Source: a virus (Duplodnaviria > Caudoviricetes). From it: a stretch of DNA of 29,943 bases. A program made the translations under genes and the position numbers. The DNA lies in IMG/VR virus record IMGVR_UViG_3300025018_000426, positions 1-29,943 of that record; one strand, given 5' to 3'. Under the pieces are notes generated by a model, which saw only the letters and a list, made by a program, of their open reading frames with translations, was not told the origin of the DNA and did not search any database. Below are positions 1-9,724 of the stretch, piece after piece. Numbering within the stretch: position 1 is the stretch's first letter; the number at the start of each line of letters is the position of its first letter.

Positions 1-2451
1 TAGCTTAATGTCGTCAATGTAGAACTCAAGATTACCAATCATATCAACAGGCATTTCAATAATCTCTGTTGGCTTACCGTTTTCAATTGACTTCTTAATC
101 GCTTCAAAATAAAGATTAAGTGCTTCGCCAGGGTTCTTTACAAACCGCACTTCTAAGTCACCGACATTACCTTGCGAGAGTGGGGAATTGGGGACAATAA
201 ACGCTCGTAAAAGATTTTGTCCAGTGTTGTATTTGCCCGCAGCGTAAAACTGCAACATGGTTTTAAGAAGCAAGATGATTTCTTGGTGAACTAAGCTGTA
301 ATACATCAAAAGAGTATTACCAAGAGCTTGTTGTTTCATCTTTTCAATCTGTATCATCTCTCTGGCTGATCGAGGTTGTTTGGAAGGGGCAATTTGTGAG
401 TTCCCACCCTGAGCAAACGATGACATCAAGCCTTGCAAGGAGTTCATCATAGTAAAGTACGCACCACTGGCTTCCTCGATGCGGAACTCTTTATAAGCGT
501 TCACATCATTAACTGGAATTACTCGTTGCTGACCGAAAATAAGTTCTGGTGCCTCAAAGTCAGACGATAACACTGGCGGGTCGATACTACGAAGCTCTCT
601 TTCTACCAACATTGTGTTATGAGCACCGAACCCTTCTGCAATATAAGTTTTGGAAGATGACTCAAGTGTGATGATTTCTTGCTCCCCAATGTATTCTACT
701 GAAGCTACGTCAATAAGAGCAATTTTCTTAAATAAGAATTTTGAAATATCTTTTTGTTGCCAGCCTTCAGAAATGAGGCGCTCTGGACGAGTTTCGGTAA
801 GCAATCTAATTAACTCTTGAATACCGCCAGTAAGATGTCCATACTTAACAGGTTCAGCGCCTTCTTTTTGTGGAGCACGCTCACTAACAGAAATTGAATA
901 CCCTTCAGATTTAAGAGCTTCCATACCTTTAGCAAAACAAGCATTGTCTTGCTGAGCAAATGAGAGTTGCGTACCTCTTGAGGGCTCCCCATTAGAACCA
1001 TCATTACCTTTAGAGAAAGAGCCTTCACCATCAAATAGACCAGCGATATAACCAGATTCATACGTTGGTTTAAAATCAGTTACATTAAAGTATTTTGGCA
1101 AAGTCACACCATTTTTATCAACCATTTCATCAGTTCTCATCCATGTAATTTCTTGCCCTTTACCATTCCAAACAAGCCATCGGTGGTTTCCTGTGGCTTT
1201 AAGCTCAGTACCATCCTCTAAGGTTAATTTATAAACAGGTGCAATTTCCCTGCCTGTATTTGTAACAATTGCTTCTTCCCAATGTCGTTGTCGTCTGTGT
1301 CCAGTCTTTTCATCTTTTAATCCTTGTTCCTCAAAACCAATGAGTTTATCTCCTATTTTTAAGGTTTCAGCTTCAACCCATCGCAAATCTCTAGTTAAGA
1401 TTTTAGTATCAGGAGTAACACAATAGCTGGTGTTTAGTATTTTTGATGAGTCTTTTAACAAGAACGGCATCGACATACCATACGCAAACTTATCATCAAC
1501 TGGTTCGTGCATAGACCATGTATACGGTTGCTTTTTGTGGTGGAATGGGTTTGGTGAGGCTTCGCCCTTACCAAGTTCATCAAGCCAAACACCATTAGCG
1601 ATTATTTTCTTTTTGTCATTAGCAGTATCAAGATCATAAAGCACTTGTACTTTATCGCTGTTTAATATCTGTGTACCGCCAAGTAATTCAAAGAATAGGG
1701 AGTCCTCAGCGATTTGCGCTCCGGGTACAACATACTCACAATTTTTATATCGACTAGTTGGGTACTCTTTTTTAAAGTCATTCCACGTCATTTCTTTCGA
1801 CCGAATAGTGCGGTTTTGTTTTTGAATGTCACGTTCCCAAATTTTTTCAAGGTATATTTCTTCTAACGGTACGATTTCCGTAAAGGCATCATCCCACATT
1901 TTCTTCATTTCTTTCTTTACCTTAAAATCATTTTTAATTTTATCGTATTCAGTCAAATAACGAAGCTTACGTTCATCCATTTGAAAACCAACAAAAGTAC
2001 AGACAGTACCGTTCATAGCTGAGTAGAGTACTTGCCAGAACTTCTCCACCTTATCTTGAGTCTTAAAGCGGTACTTTTTATACATTCCCTGAAGTACCTT
2101 AATAGCGTAGGCATTAAGCGCATCACCAGTTAGCGTTGGGTTAATATTTAAAGAGACAAGGCGACCAGTAAAATCCAATACTTCTTTACGAACAAATGGG
2201 AGGGAGAAATCTAAACCTAAAGCGTTCAAATCTTCTGACGGTGTAACATTAGAGTTCCAAAACAGATTACGAGAAATAGTCCAAAATTCTTCTAAGGTTT
2301 TATGTTGAAGTTGACGAAACGATTGTTCTCGGTTGTTTCGGTAGCTATAGTAAGAGGCATAGGTGTCTCCAATCTCGCTAAATGCCTTACTACTTGGGCG
2401 ATAGTTATCCTCGATACGATACTTCTTTTCGTCTGTTTGATTTGGCCTCAT
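1..2451 (-). CDS. Portal (head-tail connector) protein, P22-like, intein-containing, 3' end outside the window
   Basis: Hand translation from ATG 2451 (ATGA overlap with the 2448 stop) is open to position 1 (817 codons): MRPNQTDEKK...PFHHKKQPYTWSMHEPVDDKFAYGMSMPFLLKDSSKILNTSY[intein]TMLVERELRSIDPP...RSAREMIQ. These segments resemble P22-type portals, and the gene lies downstream of TerL. Not in the ORF track because it has no stop in the window. Confidence 0.78.
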   Translation of the reverse strand, partial: MRPNQTDEKKYRIEDNYRPSSKAFSEIGDTYASYYSYRNNREQSFRQLQHKTLEEFWTISRNLFWNSNVTPSEDLNALGLDFSLPFVRKEVLDFTGRLVSLNINPTLTGDALNAYAIKVLQGMYKKYRFKTQDKVEKFWQVLYSAMNGTVCTFVGFQMDERKLRYLTEYDKIKNDFKVKKEMKKMWDDAFTEIVPLEEIYLEKIWERDIQKQNRTIRSKEMTWNDFKKEYPTSRYKNCEYVVPGAQIAEDSLFFELLGGTQILNSDKVQVLYDLDTANDKKKIIANGVWLDELGKGEASPNPFHHKKQPYTWSMHEPVDDKFAYGMSMPFLLKDSSKILNTSYCVTPDTKILTRDLRWVEAETLKIGDKLIGFEEQGLKDEKTGHRRQRHWEEAIVTNTGREIAPVYKLTLEDGTELKATGNHRWLVWNGKGQEITWMRTDEMVDKNGVTLPKYFNVTDFKPTYESGYIAGLFDGEGSFSKGNDGSNGEPSRGTQLSFAQQDNACFAKGMEALKSEGYSISVSERAPQKEGAEPVKYGHLTGGIQELIRLLTETRPERLISEGWQQKDISKFLFKKIALIDVASVEYIGEQEIITLESSSKTYIAEGFGAHNTMLVERELRSIDPPVLSSDFEAPELIFGQQRVIPVNDVNAYKEFRIEEASGAYFTMMNSLQGLMSSFAQGGNSQIAPSKQPRSAREMIQIEKMKQQALGNTLLMYYSLVHQEIILLLKTMLQFYAAGKYNTGQNLLRAFIVPNSPLSQGNVGDLEVRFVKNPGEALNLYFEAIKKSIENGKPTEIIEMPVDMIGNLEFYIDDIKL
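616..1422 (-). mobile_element. Intein (269 aa) with a single LAGLIDADG motif, in frame inside the portal
   Basis: N-terminal Cys1 CVTPDTKILTRDLRW; block B ATGNHRW (TxxH); YIAGLFDGEG; C-terminal TYIAEGFGAHN followed by +1 Thr. 807 nt, in frame. Confidence 0.95.
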
Positions 2452-2726
2452 ACAATTCTAATGCCGTGTTGACTACGGACAAATAAATTATCTTTAACGT
2501 TGTTTTCCCCAAGATTATGGGTAAGTCCACGTTTTAAGATACCTAATAAAAGTCGTTTCCGTTCTGGTTTTGGTATTTGATAAAATTGTTCAGTATTAAA
2601 ATTTTGTACTGCATAACCTCGTTTATGTACTATGTATACATCTTTCGCCTGCACATAATTAGCCGACAAACTTAATTCGCCACACACATCTTTGAGAAAG
2701 TCAACGATATCTATTCGCATTGACAT
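2448..2726 (-). CDS. Hypothetical protein, translationally coupled to the portal
   Basis: 92-aa ORF; TGA overlaps the portal ATG; TGGTATCAT extended -10 just upstream. Confidence 0.7.
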   Translation of the reverse strand: MSMRIDIVDFLKDVCGELSLSANYVQAKDVYIVHKRGYAVQNFNTEQFYQIPKPERKRLLLGILKRGLTHNLGENNVKDNLFVRSQHGIRIV

Positions 2727-2728
2727 TA

Positions 2729-2765
2729 TGATACCATACTTACCTAAAAAGAAAGTGGTATACTA
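2729..2765. promoter_or_regulatory. Back-to-back extended -10 promoters (portal operon and recA)
   Basis: TGGTATCAT on minus (2729-2737) and TGGTATACT on plus (2756-2764), each only a few nt from an ATG (near-leaderless). Confidence 0.55.
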
Positions 2766-2772
2766 GGGGAAT

Positions 2773-3726
2773 ATGAATAAAAAAATACAAGATATAGTTA
2801 ATAAGTTAAATAAAATTGCAAACAAGGATATAGCTTTTGCTGGTCAGAAAAAAGTAGTAGAAGGACAAAGTACGGGAGTAGAGATGTTAGATTTTGATAT
2901 TGGTTGTGGTGGCTACCCTAAAGGGCGGATTACTGAAATATACGGTATTCAAAGTTCTGCTAAAACAAGTTTAGCTTTGTGGGGGATTGCAGCGGCTCAA
3001 CGAGATGGTAAGACCTGTGTGTTTGTTGATGCTGAATACTCGCTTGATCTAGGGTTGGCGGACACCCTTGGTGTAGATGTGAAAAACTTAATTGTATTAT
3101 ACCCTGACAATGGTGAGGAAGCGTTTTCAGTGATTGAAACCTTACTGCGTGACAAAACAGCCGATTTAATAGTAGTGGACTCAGTACCGTCACTCATACC
3201 AACTCCTGAACTTGAAGCTGAAGTAAATAAACCTACAATGGGTGGGCAGGCTAAACTCATTGCTTCGGGGTTGCGTCGATTAGTACCGTTGGTTTCTAAA
3301 CAAAATGCGGTTTTAATTCTTATCAACCAAGTGCGAGCTAATATCATGGGCGGTATCTATGACCCGTATATAACACCAGGTGGGCATGCTCTCAAATTCT
3401 ATACCTCACTTCGCATTGAACTTAAAAACAAGGGTAAACTCGTTAAAGGAGAGGAAACCGTTGGGCAGCAAGTCGTGTATCGTATGAAAAAAAACAAAGT
3501 CGGTATGAATAACGACAGGGGTTTAATTAACTATGTCTACAATGACGGCTTTTACGCAGAATTAAATCTCTTAGCTATGGGAGTCAAAAAAGGTGTCATC
3601 ACTAGAAGTGGTAACACCTATTCTTGGGGAGAACAAAAGCTGGGAGTTAGTAAGGCAAAAGCTGAGGAGTTTTTAGACGAGAACCCTGAGATTGCTGAAC
3701 AGATTAAGAAAGCGATTGGCGTTTAG
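2773..3726 (+). CDS. recA: RecA recombinase
   Basis: GGYPKGRITEIYGIQSSAKT (Walker A variant), FVDAEYSLD, LIVVDSV, ILINQVR, TPGGHALKFY, KNKV; 317 aa. Confidence 0.95.
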   Translation: MNKKIQDIVNKLNKIANKDIAFAGQKKVVEGQSTGVEMLDFDIGCGGYPKGRITEIYGIQSSAKTSLALWGIAAAQRDGKTCVFVDAEYSLDLGLADTLGVDVKNLIVLYPDNGEEAFSVIETLLRDKTADLIVVDSVPSLIPTPELEAEVNKPTMGGQAKLIASGLRRLVPLVSKQNAVLILINQVRANIMGGIYDPYITPGGHALKFYTSLRIELKNKGKLVKGEETVGQQVVYRMKKNKVGMNNDRGLINYVYNDGFYAELNLLAMGVKKGVITRSGNTYSWGEQKLGVSKAKAEEFLDENPEIAEQIKKAIGV

Positions 3727-4379
3727 GGATTTTCCTTAAAAAAAGATTGAGCGAAACCTTGTGGCGTGATACTTCTTCTTGTTTGGCGGTTAAACTTTCC
3801 AAAATGTTCAGGGTGTATGTCTTTACACTTTTAAGGTAGTCAAACTTTGTTCCAAGAGTATGTAACGTGCTGTTAGTTTTAGCTTTAGCTTTTTGTTCTT
3901 CACTAATTTGTACTGGATTTTTTGTTGGCTCATTGAACCAGCCCCACAATGCAGTCCTTTTTTGATACGGGTCGCCAAACTCCCAAGGGTCAAAGGTAAA
4001 GTCTGGTTTTCCTAAAAACTTTAACAGAAACCCATGATAAGGATTTTCCAAAGCCCAAAATTGCAAAGGTAAAGTTTTTTTAGCCGTATCTTGCTCTATT
4101 TCCATACAAGACCAAATAACATTTAAACAAGCCCTGACACACTCCATACCTTCTTTTAAATCTCTTGGTTTCTTAGCTTTTGTTCTAGCAAATGAAAACA
4201 TTGTGCAAGGTGGGGCGGCAAGTATGCCGTATGGCTTCAATGCAATGAGTTCTTGTTGTAGTTTCTCATCTCGTATATCGTGGTCGGGAAGTGTAATAGT
4301 TTGAACGTCATATCCAGCATCCTTATGGCTTAGCCCATGAGCCTGTCCCCCCACATAAGTCAAGAATTATCTTGTTCAT
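3723..4379 (-). pseudogene. C5-cytosine DNA methyltransferase-like gene disrupted by two frameshifts
   Basis: Start ATG 4379 (ATGA overlap with groEL) reads MNKIILDLCGGTGSWAKP then TAA (4323-4325). The middle frame has AAPPCTMFS, WALENP and YQKRTALWG. A second shift at about 3825 restores KDIHPEHFGKFNRQTRRSITPQGFAQSFFKENP* (stop 3723). Confidence 0.8.
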
Positions 4380-5905
4380 TTTTCTTTCTTCTCCTCTGGT
4401 ATATCAACAATCGCACACTGGGTTGTAAGCAATGTCTTGGCAGTTGAGATGCTATTTTCTACCGCACAGCGGACTACTTTGGCTGGGTCTACAATGCCAA
4501 CTTCCAACATATCTTTAATTACCTCACCAGTGAGGACATTATAGTTCAGTCCCTCAGCAATCTGGTCCTCGTCAAAGCCAGCATTAAGCAGGATTTGTAC
4601 ATAAGGTTTTGATAGAGCGTATCGTACTACTCGTTCACCCACAACTTCATCATCAAGGATTTCAGCAAGGTCACGCAAGGTTACACCACCACCAGCGACA
4701 ATCCCTTCTTCTAACGCCGATTTACAAGCCCCGACAGCATCGTCAATTTTCATCTTCAAGTATGCCTGTTCGGCTTCGGTTTGTGCCCCAACTTTAATAA
4801 GAGCCACTCCCCCAGTTAATCGGGAAAGGCGAGTTTCCAATATTTCAATATCGCCATACTTCTCATTATCCTCAGCTTTAATTTGACCCCGTATTTCCTC
4901 AATACGGAGGTCAACAGAGTCTTTATTGTCTTCTTTGCCAACTAAAATAGTACGGTCTTTGGTTATGACTACTCTAGTGGCAGTACCAACTTGCTCAGCT
5001 CCGATTACCTTAATCGCTTTGTCCTTAGTGACGGCGGTGGCACCTGTAATGATAGCCAAGTCTTCCAGTTCTTCTTGAGTCTGTGGCTTTCGTACTGCTA
5101 CGATATTCATCCGACCTTGCTGTTTGTTGGCGATAATAGTTTGTAAAAGTTCACCCTCTACGTTTTCAGCAATCAGAAGGACACTAGTTACTCCTTTTTG
5201 AGCTAGGGAAGTTAAAACTGGCACAAGATCAGTATTGAGGTTCATATAGCGGTCAGTGATAATCACGCTAAGGTCATCAAGGATAGCTTCCCCCTTGAGG
5301 TTAGTAATCATATACGGCGATACATAGCCAGACTTCCATGTATACCCTTTCATAGTTTCGCTGCGAACTTCAGTACCTGGTGACTCAGTCACAAGGACAG
5401 ACCCGTCAACCCCCGTGTCCTTTACAATGTCCGATACCAACTTAGCCAACTTATCATTCTCAACAGAAACCTGAGCTACTTCCTTCAGGTCGGTAACAGG
5501 AATAGATTTGTCTTTTATTGCTTTTACTATTTTTTCTTCGGCTACTTCCATCTCCTTTCGGAGTACCATTGGGTTATAACCATCAGCTAAAGCGGTTTCT
5601 CCAGCGTCAATCATATGCTTGCCAAGCACGATTGTTGTAGTAGTAGCGTCCCCAGCCTCATAGTTTGTTTGTTCAGCCGACTGTTTAATTGTTTCCGCAC
5701 CAAGATACTCGTATGGGTCTTCAGGGATAATTTCCCTCGCAATTGAAACCCCGTCATTAGTGACAATCGGCATACCGTATTTCTTATAAATTACGTTACG
5801 GCCTTTCGCACCCATGGTGTGACAAACTGCATTATATACCTTATTAACTCCGACTTCTAATTTTTCTCTAGCTTCAATTCCATAAAGAGCTTCGGTTTTT
5901 CGCAT
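4376..5905 (-). CDS. groEL: Chaperonin GroEL (phage-encoded, divergent)
   Basis: TMGAKGRNV, VTNDGVSIAREI, AGDATTTT, RLSRLTGGVALIKVGAQTE, EEGIVAGGG, GIVDPAKVVR; no GGM tail. Confidence 0.95.
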   Translation of the reverse strand: MRKTEALYGIEAREKLEVGVNKVYNAVCHTMGAKGRNVIYKKYGMPIVTNDGVSIAREIIPEDPYEYLGAETIKQSAEQTNYEAGDATTTTIVLGKHMIDAGETALADGYNPMVLRKEMEVAEEKIVKAIKDKSIPVTDLKEVAQVSVENDKLAKLVSDIVKDTGVDGSVLVTESPGTEVRSETMKGYTWKSGYVSPYMITNLKGEAILDDLSVIITDRYMNLNTDLVPVLTSLAQKGVTSVLLIAENVEGELLQTIIANKQQGRMNIVAVRKPQTQEELEDLAIITGATAVTKDKAIKVIGAEQVGTATRVVITKDRTILVGKEDNKDSVDLRIEEIRGQIKAEDNEKYGDIEILETRLSRLTGGVALIKVGAQTEAEQAYLKMKIDDAVGACKSALEEGIVAGGGVTLRDLAEILDDEVVGERVVRYALSKPYVQILLNAGFDEDQIAEGLNYNVLTGEVIKDMLEVGIVDPAKVVRCAVENSISTAKTLLTTQCAIVDIPEEKKEK

Positions 5906-5941
5906 ATTAAATATTATTTACTAATTAGTATTTCTATTATA

Positions 5942-6079
5942 TCACAGCTTTTTAAGTGTCTTAACCGTATCAGTATATATTTCACCGTCAATCTCACAGA
6001 CTCGCTGATATTGTTTAACGTTAGGTTTAATGGTTCGCACCCTACCCCCACGTTGTACACAGCCGTCAAATTTACTCAT
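5942..6079 (-). CDS. Small Cys-containing protein (45 aa)
   Basis: MSKFDGCVQRGGRVRTIKPNVKQYQRVCEIDGEIYTDTVKTLKKL*; ATGA overlap with the terL stop; below the ORF-track cutoff. Confidence 0.6.
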   Translation of the reverse strand: MSKFDGCVQRGGRVRTIKPNVKQYQRVCEIDGEIYTDTVKTLKKL

Positions 6080-7731
6080 ACTCTAAGTTGAGCGATTATA
6101 GCGGAACTAAATGACCGCATAGTTGGGTCAGTCACCTGCTTACGTTGGGACTTTAATAACCGACCAACATTTACACAAAAATTTTCAGTCGACGCTCTAC
6201 GGTCAGCTGTTCCATCGGTACCATGAATTGGTTTTAGGTTCTCGCCAAGAGTTCTATCGGTGCCAGAATATTTAGAGTTCATAATTGCGTCGTACACTTT
6301 CATTACAGCTGGTGAGTCCTCGTTAAACTGGATGCGTGGCAATAATTGAGAAGTAGCGACATGCCGTGGCTTATGTTCAATAGCGTACTGATTATAAATA
6401 ATATTTACACCAAATGGTCGTAGTACATCAGCATCAGACAGGTTAGTTGGTCGGCGTTTAATCGTGTGGTCAAGCTCACCAAAGTAGCCGACTGGTTTTC
6501 GCCACGCTTTCAGTTTTTCGATAAACTTAAAATGAAAATCGTTGTAAATGTCGTTCATTTCTCTGCCCAGCGTTTGTCGCAAATTAAACCTTACGTCACT
6601 TAGTTCGACAAATGGATTAAGAAATGGGGCGTACCACACAGTTGGTTTATTAGTATTCTCATAGGCTTCAAGCAAATTGAAGTTAAGGCCGTCAAATTGC
6701 CAATATTCAATTACAGTTAAATCTTGCCGACCACCAATATCGAGCGACACATACAGAGGGCGATTGGCGTTGTATTCCAATGGCGTGATTGTAGACTGTG
6801 TAATCTGTGGGTAATACTGTGATTTAGCTGATACAGAATAATCAATTTTAGCTTCACGCATCAAATCTGGGTCATCAAGCTGTCGAGCTTTTTCTTTTAG
6901 GTCTTCATACCATTGTTGGTCTTTAAATGGGTGGTCTTCCCACGTTAAGGGGATATATGTACCTCGCTCTTTAGCGGTTTCCATAAATTTTTTAGCTACC
7001 GCCGACTCTACTGTGGTCGAGACAAAGATTTTCATCCGAGCTACCGAGGTCAACGCACGATATACCTGTTGGAAGCGGTCAATATAGAAACACTCATCAA
7101 CAAAAATAGAACTAAAGCGTTTAGAACGACCAGCGTTAGTATTGGTTGAACTACCAATAATTGAAGTTTTAATCTGCGGGTTAAGGAGTTTAAGACTAGA
7201 GTCAGTATTCGTTCCATGGACCTTTTTCGGTCTAAAGCCTTCTGGAGTTAGCCATGGTGGTAGCATTTGTAGTTGCCAACGTATTTTACCAAATATAGAA
7301 CTATCAGGGTTGGGAGTCCCGTCATCTACTTCACCTTCAGTCCGAGAGAGAATAAAGGCTGTATAATTCGGAGTAAAAAGCCACCGCCAAGTATAATAAG
7401 CAGTAACCAGCCACGTTAGCCCCATACCACGGGGCTTATCTATCAAACAGTCAATATCTTCGTGGCTATTTTCGTATTCTTGCAGTTTATAGATTATTTT
7501 ACGTTGGTAATCAAATAAAAAGAATGGTTTAGGCTGGGCATCGTATTCTGTCAGCTTTACAAAGCAAAAATCCTCAATAAATTTAATTGGGTCTACCGAG
7601 TACACATCAAGTAGTCTTTCAGCCCGTAGAAACTCGTTTTCGTGCATTTCTTTAAGGTTAGAAACTCTGAAACGGAGTTTTTGTAGGTATTCATCAGAGT
7701 TATACCACGCTTCAATTAGTTCATATCTCAT
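6076..7731 (-). CDS. terL: Terminase large subunit
   Basis: LFDYQ adenine-binding motif, IDKPRGMGLTW (Walker A variant), GRSKR, SIFVDEC (Walker B), VSTT coupling motif, nuclease VSLDIGGRQDLTVI. Confidence 0.9.
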   Translation of the reverse strand: MRYELIEAWYNSDEYLQKLRFRVSNLKEMHENEFLRAERLLDVYSVDPIKFIEDFCFVKLTEYDAQPKPFFLFDYQRKIIYKLQEYENSHEDIDCLIDKPRGMGLTWLVTAYYTWRWLFTPNYTAFILSRTEGEVDDGTPNPDSSIFGKIRWQLQMLPPWLTPEGFRPKKVHGTNTDSSLKLLNPQIKTSIIGSSTNTNAGRSKRFSSIFVDECFYIDRFQQVYRALTSVARMKIFVSTTVESAVAKKFMETAKERGTYIPLTWEDHPFKDQQWYEDLKEKARQLDDPDLMREAKIDYSVSAKSQYYPQITQSTITPLEYNANRPLYVSLDIGGRQDLTVIEYWQFDGLNFNLLEAYENTNKPTVWYAPFLNPFVELSDVRFNLRQTLGREMNDIYNDFHFKFIEKLKAWRKPVGYFGELDHTIKRRPTNLSDADVLRPFGVNIIYNQYAIEHKPRHVATSQLLPRIQFNEDSPAVMKVYDAIMNSKYSGTDRTLGENLKPIHGTDGTADRRASTENFCVNVGRLLKSQRKQVTDPTMRSFSSAIIAQLRV

Positions 7732-8441
7732 ATTTGGTCTTGAGTGTATTCAAGCATCGCCGACTCAAGGTCTTGCCGACCAGCTTGGTTAATAACGAGT
7801 TGTTTGAATATCTGCATATTCGGTTTATGACCACCTTGTACCCGACTCAACGTACCAAGTAAGGTGTTCGCAAGAGAAATACGGTCTTTGGGTGACATTT
7901 TTTTAATATCGGTGCGACTAATTTTATCCAAAAGTTCATCAGCAACCTTACTCATCTTGAGCATCGCTTTATGATACTGCACTTCTGGCAATTCAAAGCG
8001 CGCCAAGTCATCACTGTTGGTCGTGACAATATCTGCACCAATAGCTGAGGTTTTAGTAGTAAATGGTTCGATATATTTTTTAAGGTATATGTTGATTTCC
8101 ATTATTCCTCGCATCTGGTTAGTTACCTTGTGCGGGTTACCTTGCAAGTAGCTACCTATCAAACGATTGGAGTTAAGGAACCGCCCAGAAATCGTACCGA
8201 TGTCGTAGTCGAGCTTATTAGCTTCGATACGATACATCCATTCCTTCCACATTTCATTCTCTCGACAGGCTTCCCGAAAGGCTTTGAGTGATAATTCGGT
8301 GAAGCGTAACTTCTTCTCTGTCTTATCAGTAAAAAAATGGACTAGACGAATCCAATTAAGGAAATGAGCGTCAGTCCAGTTTTCTAGCATCACTTTTTTA
8401 AGTGATACCCCCTCGTACTCTTTATAATCTTTTTTTGACAT
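7728..8441 (-). CDS. Hypothetical protein, possible terminase small subunit
   Basis: 237 aa, helical, coupled directly upstream of terL by an ATGA overlap; positional call only. Confidence 0.45.
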   Translation of the reverse strand: MSKKDYKEYEGVSLKKVMLENWTDAHFLNWIRLVHFFTDKTEKKLRFTELSLKAFREACRENEMWKEWMYRIEANKLDYDIGTISGRFLNSNRLIGSYLQGNPHKVTNQMRGIMEINIYLKKYIEPFTTKTSAIGADIVTTNSDDLARFELPEVQYHKAMLKMSKVADELLDKISRTDIKKMSPKDRISLANTLLGTLSRVQGGHKPNMQIFKQLVINQAGRQDLESAMLEYTQDQI

Positions 8442-8444
8442 TAC

Positions 8445-8822
8445 CTAAAAGTGTACCATATTTCCTTTTTGTTTTTGGTAGATATGTTGTAATTCTTTTT
8501 TACGGTCTGCGGCATACATATATATAGTATTAGGAGTGAGAGATTCCACCGTCAGGTTTTTAAATACATAGTTTCGGGGCGAACGCTTAGTGATGTACAG
8601 TTCTTCATATCTATCAATATACTTACGAAGTAGTGGCATGGTCTTGGGGTGCTTGGGGTCAAGGGCGTGAGATTTTAAAGTATTACATTCCTTACACAAA
8701 ATCTGAAGATTCTCAGAATGGTTTTGTGTAGCAACGCAGAGAATCTTCAGGATATACTTCGGGATGATATGGTCTTTAGTCAGATTCTCGGTAGACCCAC
8801 AACGGTTACATTTCATTTTCAT
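8445..8822 (-). CDS. HNH endonuclease (terminase-adjacent)
   Basis: CNRC...TKDHIIPK...NLQILCKECN motif. Confidence 0.9.
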   Translation of the reverse strand: MKMKCNRCGSTENLTKDHIIPKYILKILCVATQNHSENLQILCKECNTLKSHALDPKHPKTMPLLRKYIDRYEELYITKRSPRNYVFKNLTVESLTPNTIYMYAADRKKELQHIYQKQKGNMVHF

Positions 8823-8995
8823 ATATCGCTTCTTTTAAGCCACACCGTATGTTCCCCATGAATACAATCCAATATCACAAACTCTCGCTCCACCTCACCA
8901 TCATCAGTAACTCGCCTTCCTTTATACGGAACGGCTTTTTCGCCGTAGTGCGTAAGGGTTTTAATCGTGACGTAGCCCGTGTTCGCTGTCTTCAT
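8819..8995 (-). CDS. Hypothetical protein (58 aa)
   Basis: MKTANTGYVTIKTLTHYGEK...DCIHGEHTVWLKRSDI*; TGA overlaps the HNH ATG. Confidence 0.5.
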   Translation of the reverse strand: MKTANTGYVTIKTLTHYGEKAVPYKGRRVTDDGEVEREFVILDCIHGEHTVWLKRSDI

Positions 8996-9203
8996 TAAGT
9001 CTATCTAAGATTAACTTTTTGGTAGTAAGTATCAACTCATCGTGGGTGATTTTACTGATTATTTCATCACCATATTTCGCTATAAAAGCATCAGCTAAAC
9101 GTTGAGTTAATAATTCTGTTAAATACCACTCTGTTTTAGAACGTAACTTGGCTATTTCAACAGTAGCGGTAAAACTATTATTGGTTTGTGTAATTTCCAA
9201 CAT
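8961..9203 (-). CDS. Hypothetical protein (80 aa)
   Basis: ORF track; co-directional within the operon. Confidence 0.6.
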   Translation of the reverse strand: MLEITQTNNSFTATVEIAKLRSKTEWYLTELLTQRLADAFIAKYGDEIISKITHDELILTTKKLILDRLNEDSEHGLRHD

Positions 9204-9339
9204 GATTATTTGTTTCTATTGCTTTAGTAATAGCGGCATCACGAACAAATTCACTAAATGTCGTACTGCCACGGGCTTCGCTAATTTGGTCGATTTCGTA
9301 TTGCGACCAACGGATTTGGATGGTTACATTTCTGCTCAT
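9178..9339 (-). CDS. Ribbon-helix-helix DNA-binding protein (53 aa)
   Basis: MSRNVTIQIRWSQYEIDQISEARGSTTFSEFVRDAAI: beta strand IQIR, helix, G-x-S-E-F-V-R pattern; not in the ORF track. Confidence 0.7.
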   Translation of the reverse strand: MSRNVTIQIRWSQYEIDQISEARGSTTFSEFVRDAAITKAIETNNHVGNYTNQ

Positions 9340-9412
9340 ACTATTTTACTTAATACTAATATATGTATCTTATCACCTGTACACACATTTGTCCATACAA
9401 AGATACCCACAC

Positions 9413-9724
9413 TTAATCAACATCTTCTGGGTCAATCATTTCAATGTCATTTGGGTCAAATTCGTGCCAATCGTTTCGATTAGAAATAACCACCGCATCA
9501 TCATCAGTAATTGGTACATTAAAACTATCTTCTTCTTTGTCAGGGGGGATAAACGAATGAAGAAGGTCAAGCAGTTTTTGATACTGCTCTTTCGTCATTT
9601 TGAATTGGACGTAACGGTCTGACTGTGGCAATAATTCCACCATCACCAATAGGCGGATATCATACATTTCGTCTGCGAAAGCAGACTTAAAGACTTCACT
9701 TTGAAAGGGACTTGGTACAGACAT
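9413..9724 (-). CDS. Hypothetical acidic protein (103 aa from ATG 9724)
   Basis: ATG start MSVPSPFQ preferred over the track's GTG at 9802. Confidence 0.6.
   Translation of the reverse strand: MSVPSPFQSEVFKSAFADEMYDIRLLVMVELLPQSDRYVQFKMTKEQYQKLLDLLHSFIPPDKEEDSFNVPITDDDAVVISNRNDWHEFDPNDIEMIDPEDVD

Noticed and set aside
810-1639. ORF-track entries 810..1061 and 1430..1639
   Set aside because: Out-of-frame or antisense shadows of the portal/intein gene.
3704-4363. 219-aa intact methyltransferase as given in the ORF track
   Set aside because: Its first and last segments are off-frame; motif I and the true C-terminus lie in another frame.
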